Positions 35,896-51,804 are shown, counted from the first letter of the whole stretch. The stretch: 63,199 bases of DNA, filler included, from Octopus bimaculoides (GCF_001194135.2; 5 parts of 4 records of this genome joined end to end with filler, not necessarily neighbours in it), one strand, 5' to 3'. The notes: generated from the sequence alone by a model not told the origin. Translations and numbers: made by a program.

Positions 35896-36516
35896 ATTAA
35901 TAATAATGCAGTTAATGCCACAAATCTTATTTGGTTCACACCTTATTAAAGCAGAATCTTATTTAAGAAAGAAAGAAGCACATAACGGATGTTCATTTCG
36001 ACAACAACTCTAACCTTAAAGAAAATATACTTTACATATATAGTTATACATAACACCTGTCACATTCAATCAACTCTGCGGGAAGTCAAATATATTAATA
36101 ATTTCTTAGCAACACCACATATATTTCCTTATTTGTTTCAGACCAATAAATATTTTCACCGTATGAGATTTTACTCTTTCTACAGAAATAAAACTGGATT
36201 TAATATATTAGAAAGTGTTTAGCTAATTAGAAAACAACGTCGTTTGTGAAAAATGAGCCGAAAATCCTTTATCTCATTTCTTCCTTTTGTGAAACGTCAC
36301 TCAAACCTGGGTCAAGTAACAGGCACCGTTTTTAAAAAGGAAGACAATGTAGCTTATATATNNNNNNNNNNNNNNNNNNNNNNNNNNNNNNNNNNNNNNN
36401 NNNNNNNNNNNNNNNNNNNNNNNNNNNNNNNNNNNNNNNNNNNNNNNNNNNNNNNNNNNNNNNNNNNNNNNNNNNNNNNNNNNNNNNNNNNNNNNNNNNN
36501 NNNNNNNNNNNNNNNN

Positions 36517-36554
<38 letters not shown>

Positions 36555-36558
<4 letters not shown>

Positions 36559-36797
36559 AGGCGCATGGCTTAGTGGGTAGAGCATTCAGCTCACGATTGT
36601 AAGGTAATGTGTTCAATTCCTGGTGACGCGTTGTGTCCCGAGCAAGACACTTTATTTCACGCTGCTCCAGTCCACTCAACTGGCAAAAATGAGTATTTCA
36701 AAGGGCCAACCTTCTCACACTCTGTGTCACACTGAATCTCCCTGAGAACTACGTTAAGGATACGCGTGTCTGTGAAGTGCTCAGCCACTTGCACGTT
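36555..36797 (+). mobile_element. SINE family A (3' truncated)
   Basis: GTGAAGGCGCATGGCTTAGTGGGTAGAGCATTCAGCTCACGATTGTAAGG...CTCAGCCACTTGCACGTT. Confidence 0.9.
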
Positions 36798-39149
36798 ATG
36801 ATGGGAATTAATTTAACAAACCTAGACGTGACCAACCTGTCTTTTTATACATCAGCGACTACATTGCAAAATGCATCCTTTATTTCATGATGCAGAATAT
36901 GATTTGATAGCAATTTGAAGTGCTATTTCTAGCAGGTGAAGTTAAATATGCAACTGTTTTGAAGATAATGGTTAAACTCCCTTTTCTAGTCTGTTGCCCT
37001 TAACATTTGTCAACTCTTCAAACGAATCTAATTTACTGCTTACTTATATTCCCACCAGTACCCGTCTATTCCATTCTTGACACTGCTAGTCAATCGTTGT
37101 TGCTGTTTATATCTAGTTGCTTAAGTATGCTTTTTGCCTTTTCTCCACTGCATCATATACCAGATTTATAAAAAAAAAACATCATGACTAACCAAGCGGT
37201 GCTACTCCTTTGATAGTGTAATTTCTTATCAAACTGTCTCTAATAATGTATCATATATTTTTTTACCTTATGAAATAACTATGACCCAAAATATTACTGG
37301 AACGACTTCGTGACATCCTCTGCAGCTACCACCAGTGGCGATGTTATTAATATTTTAGATATATCTATGACAGCCAACTAGCTTCAATCAATTTCTTTAG
37401 AAAATACCTTTATAATTTATCTGAGAAGGTCTCTAAAGTGAACTAACCGTCTAAGCAAAACGAGCAGAGCTCGAAGTTGAATTTTCGTACAGACTTCAGG
37501 TAGCTCACTTCATTTTTGAAGAAATCACGAAAGACAATGCTTCTTATAAGAAAGATTATTTTTCCAACTGGAAAAAGCAAAGTAAATATTTTAAACTCAG
37601 CTTCACCATATAATTATAACATACTCTATTGATTACCTTCGTTATACCAGTAAGTCTTTCAGACTATCCAGCCAGTTCTATCTTTTAAATCATTTCTTTC
37701 ATGTTTTATAACCATCGGTGGACATGTAACTATATAATCACTCCTATTAATTTGTTCTTTTTTTATGCACTATTCATTGGGGTTATTTTAAAATACGAGG
37801 AAATATAGCCATCGACGTCAATGGTACAGACTGATTAGTTTGGATTTTAGCCTGGATTTGAACTTCCGATGTTGAATACGGAAAGGTATTTAGTTTGGCA
37901 ATATAATGTTTCTGTATTTCTATGTTTTGTAGTGACTTAATCGCGAATTTCCTGTAGAAATATATAGTCGATTAAATTGAGCGCAAAACTGAACTACTAA
38001 TTTTTCAATGAAGGTTAATCGGGTTCGAACCCAGAATAATGAAGCATGAGACTAGATATGGTAGACATTTTAGTTCGACAATCACATGTCAATCCACTGC
38101 TTGTTCTCATAGCTGCTCATAAAAAATATTTCTAAATTTGGAATAGTAATGCAAAATTTAGCGAAGAGAGAGAGCAATCTATTAAATTAACAGTATTTCT
38201 TCACTTGACAAATACAATATCAACCGGAAGAATAAATGTTATAGACTTCAGTGGGATTTGAGAACGGAACTTAGAATATCGCAACTAACTACCGCAACAT
38301 ATTTTCTCCAGCATTCTCTCGATTCTGCCATCCCTACCTTACATTCGTTTATAACGAAAAATGCCTCAAATTTTAGGAGCCCGTGTAGATAAACAGACTC
38401 AAATATTTTATCCAGGACTTTATTTTGTCATCCTCGAAATACTTTAACACAATGTCTGCCTCAATCAGATTTGAACTCAGAACATAAAAGGGAATAATTA
38501 AACATAACAAGGGATGTTTTGCTGATTTTCTCTTGTGTTTACTAATTCATTGCTATCACATGTTTTAAAAATAGTATGTCTTATTCTGTGAGAGTTTGAA
38601 CTAAAATGCTCGGGTGAAATGTCGATAGCTGAGGACACATACTGGGCGCTTGTGTACTAACATACCAACCCATTAAAATTATTCATCATCAAACTGATTT
38701 TCTAGTAAGGGTGAAGTTAGGGACGGTTATGAAAACTAGAGATAAAGGCAAGTTGTCATGGATATTCAAGATAAAAGCAATTGTAAGGTAGTTTCAGACA
38801 AATAAAAAAAACATCCGCCCAGAAAAATCTTGTATATGTCATTTTGAATAACATATTGAATTGATGGGTGTTAGAACGGCAGTGCTCAGTTATGAACCTT
38901 TACTTTATCTCTGAGTTCAGACACCGTAGATTGCAATTTAGTTTTTAATGATTCTGGCACCAGGAAAAAAAATATCTGCCAATTACAGTACGACTTTCGA
39001 TTATGACGACTATACCCTCTTTCAAGATATGTATGGTTTTGTAATTAGATTTTACTATTGTTACTTTTTATGAATTGAATCTAATGATAATAATTCAATT
39101 TATAACTGTTCACAGTAGATCAACTTATTTACGTAGGTAGCACTTTCTG

Positions 39150-39191
<42 letters not shown>

Positions 39192-39291
39192 NNNNNNNNN
39201 NNNNNNNNNNNNNNNNNNNNNNNNNNNNNNNNNNNTTAATTAATTAANNNNNNNNNNNNNNNNNNNNNNNNNNNNNNNNNNNNNNNNNNNN

Positions 39292-39329
<38 letters not shown>

Positions 39330-40214
39330 TAAGTCCATGTTTGTGTATATATACTTGTATATATATGCATGCACATAAATAAATATATGCATATAAATAT
39401 AATTTATATCTATGTATACATATGCATACTCATACACTCATACATGTGCGAATATATTGCACACAAAAAGGAAAGATTTGTTCAAATGGTGTATGCGTAC
39501 ACACACATGCACGCACGCACACACACACATATATGCACGACCACATACACAAACACACACAAACGCTCACACATGTACAAGCAGTTATATACTTATATGC
39601 GCACACACACATATATATATATGCATACATGAGTATATATATACATGCATATACATATGTACATATATACGTATGTATATATATCTATGCGTATATATGT
39701 GTTTGTACATATAAATATACACATATAATATGCATATAAATATATATACACATATATCCATGCATACATACATACATATACGCTCGTATACAACATATAT
39801 GTATATGTAAGTATCCATATGAAAATACTTATGACTGTAGTTTTGCCTTATTCTTTTCGATAAATCATTTTCTTAACAGCGCCTATTTGTTATCCNNNNN
39901 NNNNNNNNNNNNNNNNNNNNNNNNNNNNNNNNNNNNNNNNNNNNNNNNNNNNNNNNNNNNNNNNNNNNNNNNNNNNNNNNNNNNNNNNNNNNNNNNNNNN
40001 NNNNNNNNNNNNNNNNNNNNNNNNNNNNNNNNNNNNNNNNNNNNNNNNNNNNNNNNNNNNNNNNNNNNNNNNNTGTTAAAGTGCGAGAGCTTCGTGCATT
40101 GGGCCTTGAATGACTCTGTTACTATTGTTCAATAATACACACACACACACACACACATACACACACATACACACACACACATACACACGCACACACGCAC
40201 ACACACACACACAT

Positions 40215-40400
40215 ATTCTTTTATTCTTTTACTTGTTTCAGTGATTTCACTGCGGCTATGCTGGAGCACCGCCTTCAGTCGGGCGAATCGACTTGAGGAC
40301 ATATTCTTTGTAAGTCTAGTACTAGTCTCTGTTACCCAACCGTCAAGTTACGGGGACATAAACACACCAGGCATCGGTTGTCAAGCGATGCTGGAGGACA
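40215..40400 (-). mobile_element. SINE-like family C, inverted
   Basis: TATTCTTTTATTCTTTTACTTGTTTCAG...GCTGGAGCACCGCC...GTTACGGGGAC...GGTTGTCAAGCGATG. Confidence 0.88.
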
Positions 40401-40531
40401 AACACAGACACACATATATGCACACATACATACATACATACATATATACATATATACAGATATATGTGTACATCTATATTTATATGAATCTGTTCATTTT
40501 TGCGTTTATCTCCCCTCCTCTTCTGTGTGCT

Positions 40532-40562
<31 letters not shown>

Positions 40563-41318
40563 NNNNNNNNNNNNNNNNNNNNNNNNNNNNNNNNNNNNNN
40601 NNNNNNNNNNNNNNNNNNNNNNNNNNNNNNNNNNNNNNNNNNNNNNNNNNNNNNNNNNNNNNNNNNNNNNNNNNNNNNNNNNNNNNNNNNNNNNNNNNNN
40701 NNNNNNNNNNNNNNNNNNNNNNNNNNNNNNNNNNNNNNNNNNNNNNNNNNNNNNNNNNNNNNNNNNNNNNNNNNNNNNNNNNNNNNNNNNNNNNNNNNNN
40801 NNNNNNNNNNNNNNNNNNNNNNNNNNNNNNNNNNNNNNNNNNNNNNNNNNNNNNNNNNNNNNNNNNNNNNNNNNNNNNNNNNNNNNNNNNNNNNNNNNNN
40901 NTATATGCAATATGCATGGAAAAGAGATTTTAAGGTAGTATATATGATCTACATGCTTTCGCGAGGTGTTCAAGACAGTGATATTAAAGTCACCAATGAT
41001 TGTCCTTCAGTTGGCTGACCGAGTACTTTGTTTTTCGAACTCCTTGTTGTCAGATCGAGGCTTACTGTAGGCACAGTGAATGTTGTCAAACCGACTGTTG
41101 CATTAGAAGAAAGAAAAAGAAGAAAGGCAAAATGGAAATGAAAGAGAAAGGAGGCACATATTCGAACACTTTGCATCCAAGCAATCACTGCACACGTCTG
41201 CAATGATGCAATGTCTCATTTTTGTTGGCTGTCTTGAGTTACGTAACATGAACTAATCGGTGAACATGTGGATGTAAGGTTTTTGAATATGTGATTCCCG
41301 CTTCTTCTTTGAAATATA

Positions 41319-41535
41319 CGAGTGGGTGTTGAAAAATTCCTGGCTTTAAGGGTACTGCGAAAGGCCTGGTGGGAGGCTCAACCTTTCGAGTTCTTTTAAA
41401 AGGCTTAGAAAAACTGGAGGACCGCAGCAATAAGTGTGTGAACCTGAGAGGGGAATATGTTGCATAAAATCATAATAAACTGATCCTCCTGTACTTTCTT
41501 TTACCAAAAGCCGGGAAATTTTCAGCACGCCCTCG
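41319..41535 (+). mobile_element. Mariner-derived MITE (217 bp) with TA target duplication
   Basis: TIRs CGAGTGGGTGTTGAAAAATTCCTGGCTTT versus rc CGAGGGCGTGCTGAAAATTTCCCGGCTTT; TA at 41317-18 and 41536-37; internal GLEKLEDRSNKCVNLRGEYV resembles the mariner C-terminus. Confidence 0.9.
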
Positions 41536-42806
41536 TATCTTGGATGCAGTTAATTTTTCAAAAGTAATTTTTCTTTCGCGATGCAAAGACCACACATTTT
41601 GCTATCACTTATAATGGTCTAAATCTTTCAATGTCCTCCATTGTGTTTACTTGTCCTGTTTACCATTTTATCTCTCGTTGTTTACGTATTTAGCTCGTTT
41701 GACTACGTATTTCATGTTATTTGAAGCGTTGGTGACGTCCTGTACTTATGTATGCATGTGTGTATATATATATCATCTTTGTATGTATAAGGCTACATTG
41801 TCTAGTGTGTCCTTCCCTAATTTGATGTGGCAGCAAGAAATTTGAGGGAGATTTCACAGTTATTTCTTGCAGGGTACGGGGAAACATAACGTAGAGAAGC
41901 ACTTGTCAGTGCTTACAGGAATGATTTGACATGTTTTGTAATATTGTTGTTGTTGTGTAGCCCCATGTTATTCTTCATCAAGCAGATCAATGGTCAAAGA
42001 TACCCCAGCCATTATTACCCCTCTCTTTCGATAATTTCGTTTATATGACCCAGGACTATATTATCTCATGTGCCCTTTTGTAATTTCTAAGAATGAGCAG
42101 GATTCGAGGGAGAACTGGGTGCTGTTTCTAGCAGGTCGATTGATCACACAGAAGCACTCGCATTGGTTTGCTATGATAGCATGTGACAAGATGTGATTAT
42201 AATTAACGAGGTTCTTTCGGAACACGACCCGAGATCAATGGTGTGACCTTTGCGGAAGTGTTTCTATATTTAAATGCAAAAGCAATTTGTCAGACAGTGC
42301 TTCAAAAGCAGTTAATTAAATCAGAACTTGGACTAATTAGAAATTTTCTAATGAATTTGCATATTTGTCTTTCTATTACTTCCTTTAATATACAGGTAAT
42401 TGCAATGAATGTCGAATACGTAAGCTGGGTGTGAAAGTGTGTGTGTCTTTGTATATATATATATATATATGGATATATATGTGTATATATGTATGTATAT
42501 ATATATGTATATATATGTATGTATATATATGTATATATATGTATATAAAAATGTATGTATATATATGTATATATATATGTATATATATGTATGTATATAT
42601 ATATATGTATGTATATATACATATATACGCATGCATTTAAATATTTACACATACATATATACATATGCACACACACACACACACATATATATATATACAC
42701 ACAAAATGTGGGTGTATATGTGTATATATATATGCACAAATATATATATACATATATATATATTTACATACATTTATATAGACATGTACATAGATTCAAG
42801 TAAATT

Positions 42807-42846
<40 letters not shown>

Positions 42847-43109
42847 GGAGAGAGAGAGGAATAGAGCGATAATGAGACGGAAAAAGACTGCAAGTAGTTA
42901 TGTATATATACTAATGCATATTTAAGTTCTATTATTTGTTTTAGTGCTGATACCTAAGGTTATGCTGGTGCACTGTTTGCAGAATCAATGATCTGTGCCG
43001 TCTATGTGAATTTCCAAGGAACCAATTACGTACTGAGTTATTCAGTCTACTTAGCATCACTAATTGCTGGCTAAAAGAATTGACAGAGGCTACTCTGGTC
43101 TGTTCGTGC

Positions 43110-43250
<141 letters not shown>

Positions 43251-44454
43251 ATGCACAAATAGTAAAGTCAAATAGTGATACTTTGAAATCATTTTATACG
43301 TACGTTTCTGGTCTGCGTAATATATAACTGGAAATGCATCCATTACGTAATACCTTCCTCAGTTAAAATATTTCAAAATGTGAAAAAGTCCCATATGATC
43401 CTGTAATTATCGTTCACCCTCTCAGCCTCTGGCCTCTTTTAACAGCCCTGTTTAGCCACTTCGAATTCACAAACGTAACTAACGTCCAAATTCTCTCTTT
43501 TACCAACACTATAATGTCTGCTTTTATATTGTTTCTGTTAATTTATTGCACTCAATTGGGAGATGGTTAAATTTTCATTCCCTTGTTCATACGTTCTGCT
43601 TTTGCTCTCTGCCTGTGTTATCATTATTTGTCAATCAAATTCATTCTAACGGCTCCTTCTAAGACAAAATCATAATTAAGGATATAAAATATCAATTCTT
43701 CAAGCGTAACATTATAAATATATATCTTTAAAATACTATCTTCATAATTTCTCGTTGATCGGTTGCAAAAAATTGCTCCAGTATAGTGCTTAGATATATA
43801 TTTGAGGTGCGAGTGTGATTATTATTCGATATTTTGTATCATTACATAATATTCCAGTTCAATGAGTCTTATGTATTTTCTTATACTTCAGAGAATTCAT
43901 TCAAAACTTTTATTATTTAGTACAATAGCCTTATATGACAGTAAATAGCTTTGATAATTGAACCTGATAGTAGTCAGAGATAATTGTAGATGATGCATAT
44001 CTAAGCAGTATTTTAATATTATCAATAAAGTGTTAGACTGAATCAATCAGTTGTTAATTTACTTACAATATGAGTAACATCTGAAGAAAAACGTAATACA
44101 TTCTTCCTTTGTGATGAACATATATATATTTTATAGTAAATTGCACCGAAGTTTGGAAAAAAATTACTGATCTTTCGAGGTAGACTATGTGCATTCATAG
44201 TTTCAACCTCTTTCAGTGAACATTCTGTTGTACCACCACCAAAGCAGACACGTCGTTGTAGTCTTTTCTTTAACAATAATTTTAAGTCTTACTAACTGGT
44301 GTCTGGTGGCAAAGTAAACCTGCGTTTCATGTAGTTTCGGTGGTTCGTTAGTGACATTACACTGTAGATTGTCTAACTGTAGGATGAACGTTCCGTTTCT
44401 GGACGTCTTCGACGGAGTTAATGTTTATTTTTATGGACAAGAGGCTGTTAAGAA

Positions 44455-44640
44455 GTGAACGAGTACGAATGCAAAGGGGGCTGGAATGGGGTTCCTCCGA
44501 AGGGTCTCTGAAGTAACGTTGATCGATAGTGTGCATAGTTCGGACATCAGGGAGTCTCTCCAAGTCGAGCCGTTGCCTTCTCCGCATTGAAAGATCACAG
44601 CTCAGGTACTACGGACATGTGATTAGAAGGCAACAAAAAA
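44455..44640 (+). mobile_element. Expander/Rex3-like (RTE clade) LINE fragment
   Basis: MGFLRRVSEVTLIDSVHSSDIRESLQVEPL, then after a frameshift LRIERSQLRYYGHVIRR. Confidence 0.8.
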
Positions 44641-47169
44641 TAATATGTGGCGAAAATTCACGGAAGAGAATAGAAGGTGGCAAACACTACGTATAGTCGG
44701 TGATACAGCAGCAATGTGGCGACTTGTTGCAGTCTCCCAGTGGTTAATTTTCGGCAGAGAGAGACTAGGTGTATCAAGCGAAGTTATCCAGTTCGAGTGT
44801 TGTTGTAAAGGTAAAATTTGTTCTTATGACGACACTTATTGATTAATTAGGTCTTTCTGTTTAGAATTACTGTCGTTTTATTAATACATAAAATTTTCCT
44901 CTGCACATAGATTTCAAAATACTTTCCTGTTAATATGTTTTTTCACAATATATTTTTAATATGTTCCATGAAATTTTAAAATTTATGTCGTTCTTCTTTT
45001 GTTGTAATGCATAGTTTAACAGAGCTGTGGTGTTCTGCATGCCAGTTGATTTAAAAATTAATTTGTACTTCACAAAACGACTCACAGAGGATCTGTTACG
45101 TATTCATATATATAATTTAATGTGTTCTAAAATTTGATAGCGAGAAAACTCTTCAGCGGGATAAACTGTCTCTCCAGGACTACATTTAAGGTTAGGCGAA
45201 ACAATATAGAAATATTACGCTTGCTCGGATGATTACGTCATATAAGTTGACACTGATGTCATTCTATATAGAGAGTGGATTCCCGTTCTGGTTTTCTAGT
45301 ACAGCGTTATATATGTAGACATTGAGTGTTTGGACGCGTGGTGGGCTGCTAAGTGCAGGCTGTGGTTTAACGTCGATTTCATTTGCAGTTTTATGTTACT
45401 GATGCTTAAATCCAACTGAAACTTGTCTAGAAGTTTTCGCTGAGAAAAAAGAAATGGGAGAAAATGCGTACAGGGTACTGTTGGCAGGGAAATGTTTTGA
45501 AATCACATTTCAAATGTTCATAGCTCTGTTATAGCTAACATTATAGATGAACGGCGCATTTAACCAGATGACATTTTGGTTTCAGCTTCATATATATTTT
45601 TTAATGCTTTCGTCCTTCAAGTGTGGCATATCCTTGGGAATAAAACTCATTTTTTTCTCATTTAAAACTGATATTCTCTCAGGCTATATTGTACTAACTG
45701 GCAATTCTGTTAAATGTCACGTCGTCTGCAAATATATTAGAGATACGTTCGCTTGAGAACAGTGGGAGGATCGCTGAAATTTCTGTCGATACACATATGT
45801 GTGGGAGTTACTATTAGTGTAGGAGTTGCTATTATTTGTGTGTGCCTTATCACGAGATTTTAAAATATCACTATGTTCGTATTTGTGGCTACTGTTAAAT
45901 CTTAGTTCCATACAATTCAGAAGTTTTTTCTAATCTAATATAACGCACACACAAGTTATATACATACATACATACATACATACGCACGTACATACATGAT
46001 ACATATATAATATATTTTATATATACATATGCAAACGTATACGAGTATTTATAAATAGACACATACACACACATACACATAAACTTTAGTACTTTCAGGG
46101 TAAGAGATGAATGGATAGAATCTCCTATGTCGAAGTCGGTGTCTTGTTTCGAGTTATATGTTTGCTGTTAAATCATTTGATTGTGATATTGCTGTGATTC
46201 CATTCAAATAAGTTCATTGTTTGTTTAACTTTAAAATTCAAAGATTTTAAGAAGTACTTACTCCCTATGCTCAGCTCGTTCTTGGAGAAGGTTATTGCTT
46301 TGCACTTAGGGTTGAATCATAAATTGGCTTTGTGTTCTTTGATGTAAAGTATAATGTACAAGGAGCGAGGTTATTCTATACGGTATAAGGTTGTCTACAT
46401 TTAGCTGTTATGCCAGTGGCTTCTGATTTTGGAGTTTTTGACGCTTTCTAGTATGTTTTTATTATATTATCTTTTAGGAACTTTTGCTCCTAACAAAGAC
46501 AGCTGAAACGTGGAAGGCAGACATTCTTCAAATACAAGAATAAAATGACGATAAGAATTTGTAAATATGACCGTGAATAGTTTTAATCTTTATATTGCAT
46601 GCAAATTACAGTAATTGTATAGAGAGATATAAAGGCCGTATTCACATATATAAGAGGTGGTTATGTTTGACCGTTACATCACTTGGAATCGCAGCAGGAA
46701 GAAAATTCGTCTAACCGCTTTGGTTACGCCGTTCAAAAAGCTCTAGATTTAATTCTCCCACAATGCAACACCATGACGTGCGCCATCCAGTGGCCAATGG
46801 ATGAGACAACTGGTTTTAAGAGAGGTAACTGTCTACAATCTAATACGAGTAATTGTCTCTCTTCTATAATTTGTTTTGTTGTAACCTATATATCGTATTA
46901 AATATTTTAGGATATGAGATGATATTAACCTATTTGGTAAATTCTGTGTAAAATGGATGTGATTTCTAAATTCTATTTTTTGTTATTGAGTTTATTAAAT
47001 CAGTTTCTACATTTTCGAGATCCTATTTTCTGGGGCGTATTCTTTTTATGTATTCTGAAAACGAATTTATTATCTATGGATACAGTTTTGCTGATTTTTC
47101 GAAGGAAAAATGCTTTCAACAAGTTTAGTTTGATAAAACTTCCAATTTCTCTCTCTTTCTCTCTCTATT

Positions 47170-47335
47170 AGTTTCAAGTTTTGGCACAAGGCCAGGAATT
47201 TCGGGGAAGGGGTTAAGTCGATTACATCAACCCCAGTGCTTAACTGTTACTGATTTTATCGACCCCGAATGGATGAGAAGCAAAGTCGACCTCACAACGT
47301 AAGGACAGACAAAATACCGTTAAACATTTTATCCG
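47170..47335 (-). mobile_element. SINE family D
   Basis: GGCACAAGGCCAGGAATTTCGGGG...GTCGATTACATCAACCCCAGTGC...AAAGTCGACCTC. Confidence 0.85.
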
Positions 47336-47792
47336 GCTTAAACAATATCAATATAGTATTCTACTCAGTCCAACAAATACGGGCGACAACACCAGGCACG
47401 TTCCTTTACGTCTTATTACACCTCTTCATACCTGAACCACAGACTTCACCATGAATCACTTAGAATAACAAGTTTTTAAATGTCAAAACATTGCACACAA
47501 GTAGGCGTATAAAGTTTTCATAGCTTCTAAAACATTCGCCATTTTCTTTTTTCGTTTTTCGTTTACCTTTATCATCTCTGTTATATATATGTTTTTCTTG
47601 TCCCATCTTGGTTTTTTCTTCCGATTCTTTATCTTCACTTTCATCCTTTTCCTCTTCTTGTATACTTTCCTTCCCTCTTTATTCTCTTTTCAAATTTTAT
47701 TTTCGTTATTTTCTTGCAAATTTATTTAACGTTTCTGTCTCCATAAATCACACGCAGATAGACGTGCGCACGCACGTACTTGCTTTATGTAC

Positions 47793-47834
<42 letters not shown>

Positions 47835-48250
47835 NNNNNNNNNNNNNNNNNNNNNNNNNNNNNNNNNNNNNNNNNNNNNNNNNNNNNNNNNNNNNNNNNN
47901 NNNNNNNNNNNNNNNNNNNNNNNNNNNNNNNNNNNNNNNNNNNNNNNNNNNNNNNNNNNNNNNNNNNNNNNNNNNNNNNNNNNNNNNNNNNNNNNNNNNN
48001 NNNNNNNNNNNNNNNNNNNNNNNNNNNNNNNNNNNNNNNNNNNNNNNNNNNNNNNNNNNNNNNNNNNNNNNNNNNNNNNNNNNNNNNNNNNNNNNNNNNN
48101 NNNNNNNNNNNNNNNNNNNNNNNNNNNNNNNNNNNNNNNNNNNNNNNNNNNNNNNNNNNNNNNNNNNNNNNNNNNNNNNNNNNNNNNNNNNNNNNNNNNN
48201 NNNNNNNNNTATATATATGTATATATATGTATATATGTATGTATGTATGT

Positions 48251-48288
<38 letters not shown>

Positions 48289-48850
48289 TTTTTTTTTTCA
48301 AAAATTTGTGGTTTCACCTTGTTCCAAAGAACGAAAACATACAAGTACAAATAAATTTTTCCTACTCGCGCACACACAAACACATGCACACACACATACA
48401 CGCACACACACGCACACGCATATACATGTGTGACCGTGTATTGACATACGTGTGCATATATATATTTAGATATTTAGTTTGAAGTCTTTCTCAACGTTAC
48501 ATTCCTCTTTTTATAGATTTAATTAAAAATTGTTTTGTTTATCAATTTTTACAATCCAAGAAACTGTGAAATAAAACATACATAAATTTGATGTAAAACA
48601 ATATTAAATCATGTGAGATATTTTGCAGGTGTATTACATTTAACACCAATTCGCTCCGCCGTTCCACCCCTGCCGCCAATATTTAGCGTACACACATCTG
48701 AACTTGTTCACACAGATGTATATACACACGCACATATATGTATGTATTTATGCATATAGATATATACGTACGTATGTATAATATATATATACACATATGT
48801 ACATACTTATATGTACATATGCATGCATGTATGTATGTATTTATGTATGC

Positions 48851-48908
<58 letters not shown>

Positions 48909-49083
48909 GTGTCTGTCTGTCTGTCTGTCTGTCCGTACGTCCGTACGTCCGTCCGTCTGTCTGTCTATCTGTCTGTCTGTCTGTCTATCAAGCTATCTAC
49001 CTACCTACCTACCTGTCTGTCTGTCTGTCTGTATGTCTGTCTGTCTGTCTGTCTATCTATCTGTCCGTCCGTCCGTCCGTCCG

Positions 49084-49138
<55 letters not shown>

Positions 49139-49153
49139 ATCTATCTATCTATC
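48851..49153. repeat. Compound (ATCT)n/(GTCT)n/(GTCC)n/(ACCT)n array
   Basis: Directly visible. Confidence 0.95.
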
Positions 49154-51767
49154 TGAGGTATGTCCGTATAACTAACGCATTTATGTATAGAAATATTTAG
49201 AAAAAGATATATGAATATAGTCGCATTGGAGCAAGCATAATTCTGAAGTACGAAATTTGCTTCGCTACCACCTTATTCCTTGTACGATCTCTCTATGTGA
49301 CTTATTTGTCAAACGTCTTTTACTAACTACTCTACCCTAGAATTGAAACTGTGTTGAACTGCATCGAATACGTACACATACATGTACACACAACTTAGCA
49401 CTGTTAACATCAGACGTGCAGGTGTAGAGGATAGTTTCATATACTTTTTGAGCCTTATATTTTTACAATTTTACCGATTCCTCTAGCCTAAGTTAGTAAC
49501 TGGTTTATTTCATTCGTTATCTATTAGAAAAACAGCTTTTCCTTAACGTAGCGTCACTCCAACCGGATTAAAAAATAATCTCATACCACGTGGATTCTCG
49601 CTAGCACCATTATGGCTGAAATTGATAACATCGCCAACACTGATATAAGATTAACAGGATTACAACACCTATGAGTTATTTAAGACGGCGTAAATATTTT
49701 TCCCTTCCTTTGGTCTTCTTACTTAAATTAAGATTTACTTCGGTGCCATGAAAAAGTCCGTGATGACCCTTCTCTCGGCCATATGAAGCAATAAAAAAGA
49801 CAATAACAACAAAGAAAGAAAAAAAAACTTGGAGGAAACTCACTCAAACTATTTTTTTATAGCCAAACAGCTTTCTTTGCACAAAACAACATTCTTTGTG
49901 AAAAAGAAAGAAAAAAAAAAGAAACATGGTTATCATAGTAATCGCTATTCCAAGGCATGTGACACTAATCGATCTCAAAATATTGAGAACTAACCAAAAT
50001 CTGTCATTTGTAAATAAACTGCTACCGCCATCACTAAATTCTTATATATCTCCACATGTGATTGATTCGACAGAGATGGTTGTGGAATGAATTTAGCTTA
50101 TGAACATTTTGAAAGTACTTTCATTAAAAAAAATTTTCTAGCTCTTCTAAGGTATCGTTGAGTAACATGCAATTCTTCACAAGAATGATGGGAAAAAAAT
50201 CTGCGCTCATGATGGAAGTGATGCTGGCTTCACGATGTTAATTACCAGGTTACTTTCATAAACGCAGATGCCGTTACTTTTAAAAAGCGCATTTTCGCAG
50301 AACGGGGCGCCGGCCAGTTGCAGGGTGACGCATTTACAGCCGAGTAAACTGGAGCAACGTGAAATGAAGTGTTCTGCGAGTGCAACACGCTATTCATTAG
50401 GCCATTATGAGGGTGATAGAAAACAGAGAGAGAGAAGAAACTCTNNNNNNNNNNNNNNNNNNNNNNNNNNNNNNNNNNNNNNNNNNNNNNNNNNNNNNNN
50501 NNNNNNNNNNNNNNNNNNNNNNNNNNNNNNNNNNNNNNNNNNNNNNNNNNNNNNNNNNNNNNNNNNNNNNNNNNNNNNNNNNNNNNNNNNNNNNNNNNNN
50601 NNNNNNNNNNNNNNNNNNNNNNNNNNNNNNNNNNNNNNNNNNNNNNNNNNNNNNNNNNNNNNNNNNNNNNNNNNNNNNNNNNNNNNNNNNNNNNNNNNNN
50701 NNNNNNNNNNNNNNNNNNNNNNNNNNNNNNNNNNNNNNNNNNNNNNNNNNNNNNNNNNNNNNNNNNNNNNNNNNNNNNNNNNNTATATATATATACGACA
50801 CACACACACACACACACGCGCGCATACATATATAGGTATGTGTATACATGTATAATATATATCATATATTATATACACACAGACATATAAATATAGAAAT
50901 ATTGTGTACATAATGTTACGAACGTTTCCATATAGTGGTTATTTATTTGCCCAATAATATATTACATTATATATCCACATAACCATCAGACATGTTTGTA
51001 CAGTTGACAGGTATGTCTGTACATACATACATACAGATACACACACACACACATTAGTCAATTAAGGGCTTAGAGTTACGTGTCAAAAATTGAAAAGTGA
51101 GTATGACATGAAACTGCACGTCTTTGAATCATTTATATAGCTTTACAATTAACGAATTATATATTCATTTTGTCTCCCTTATTGCGTGCTACATCCTCCA
51201 TTTGTAAAGCCAAACCACATTCACATGCACATACCTGTATAGTTACATATTTGTTGAGAGCATGCATGTGTACTTGCGAGTCTGTATTTCTTTATGTGTG
51301 CGTATGCATGCGCGCGCGCGCGCGTAAATGAATATATAATCTGTAGCAATCACGGAGACGGATATGTTTGCAGTCGCATGATCGGGCAATAAACAAGTGC
51401 CAAGAGGCTAGCAGCGACAAAGCGAGTTACTTGTACTTGTAAGGATGATGACGAGTGGTGATGTACTGTCGTGGGTTTGACAGGAAATTCTCAAATTTGC
51501 ATAATCGTATGAATTATAAATACACGTATACATATAAATACATAACACACACACATACACACGCACATACACACACACACACACACACAATTTATGTATA
51601 TATATATATTTTATTCTGTAGTTTCCGCTCAGAGCTGCGGCCATGCTGATGCAGTACGCACATACACTCTCACACACACATATATGTTTACACACATACA
51701 TACATACACACATATATATATACATATACATATACATATATAATTACACATATATTATGTATGTATA

Positions 51768-51804
<37 letters not shown>

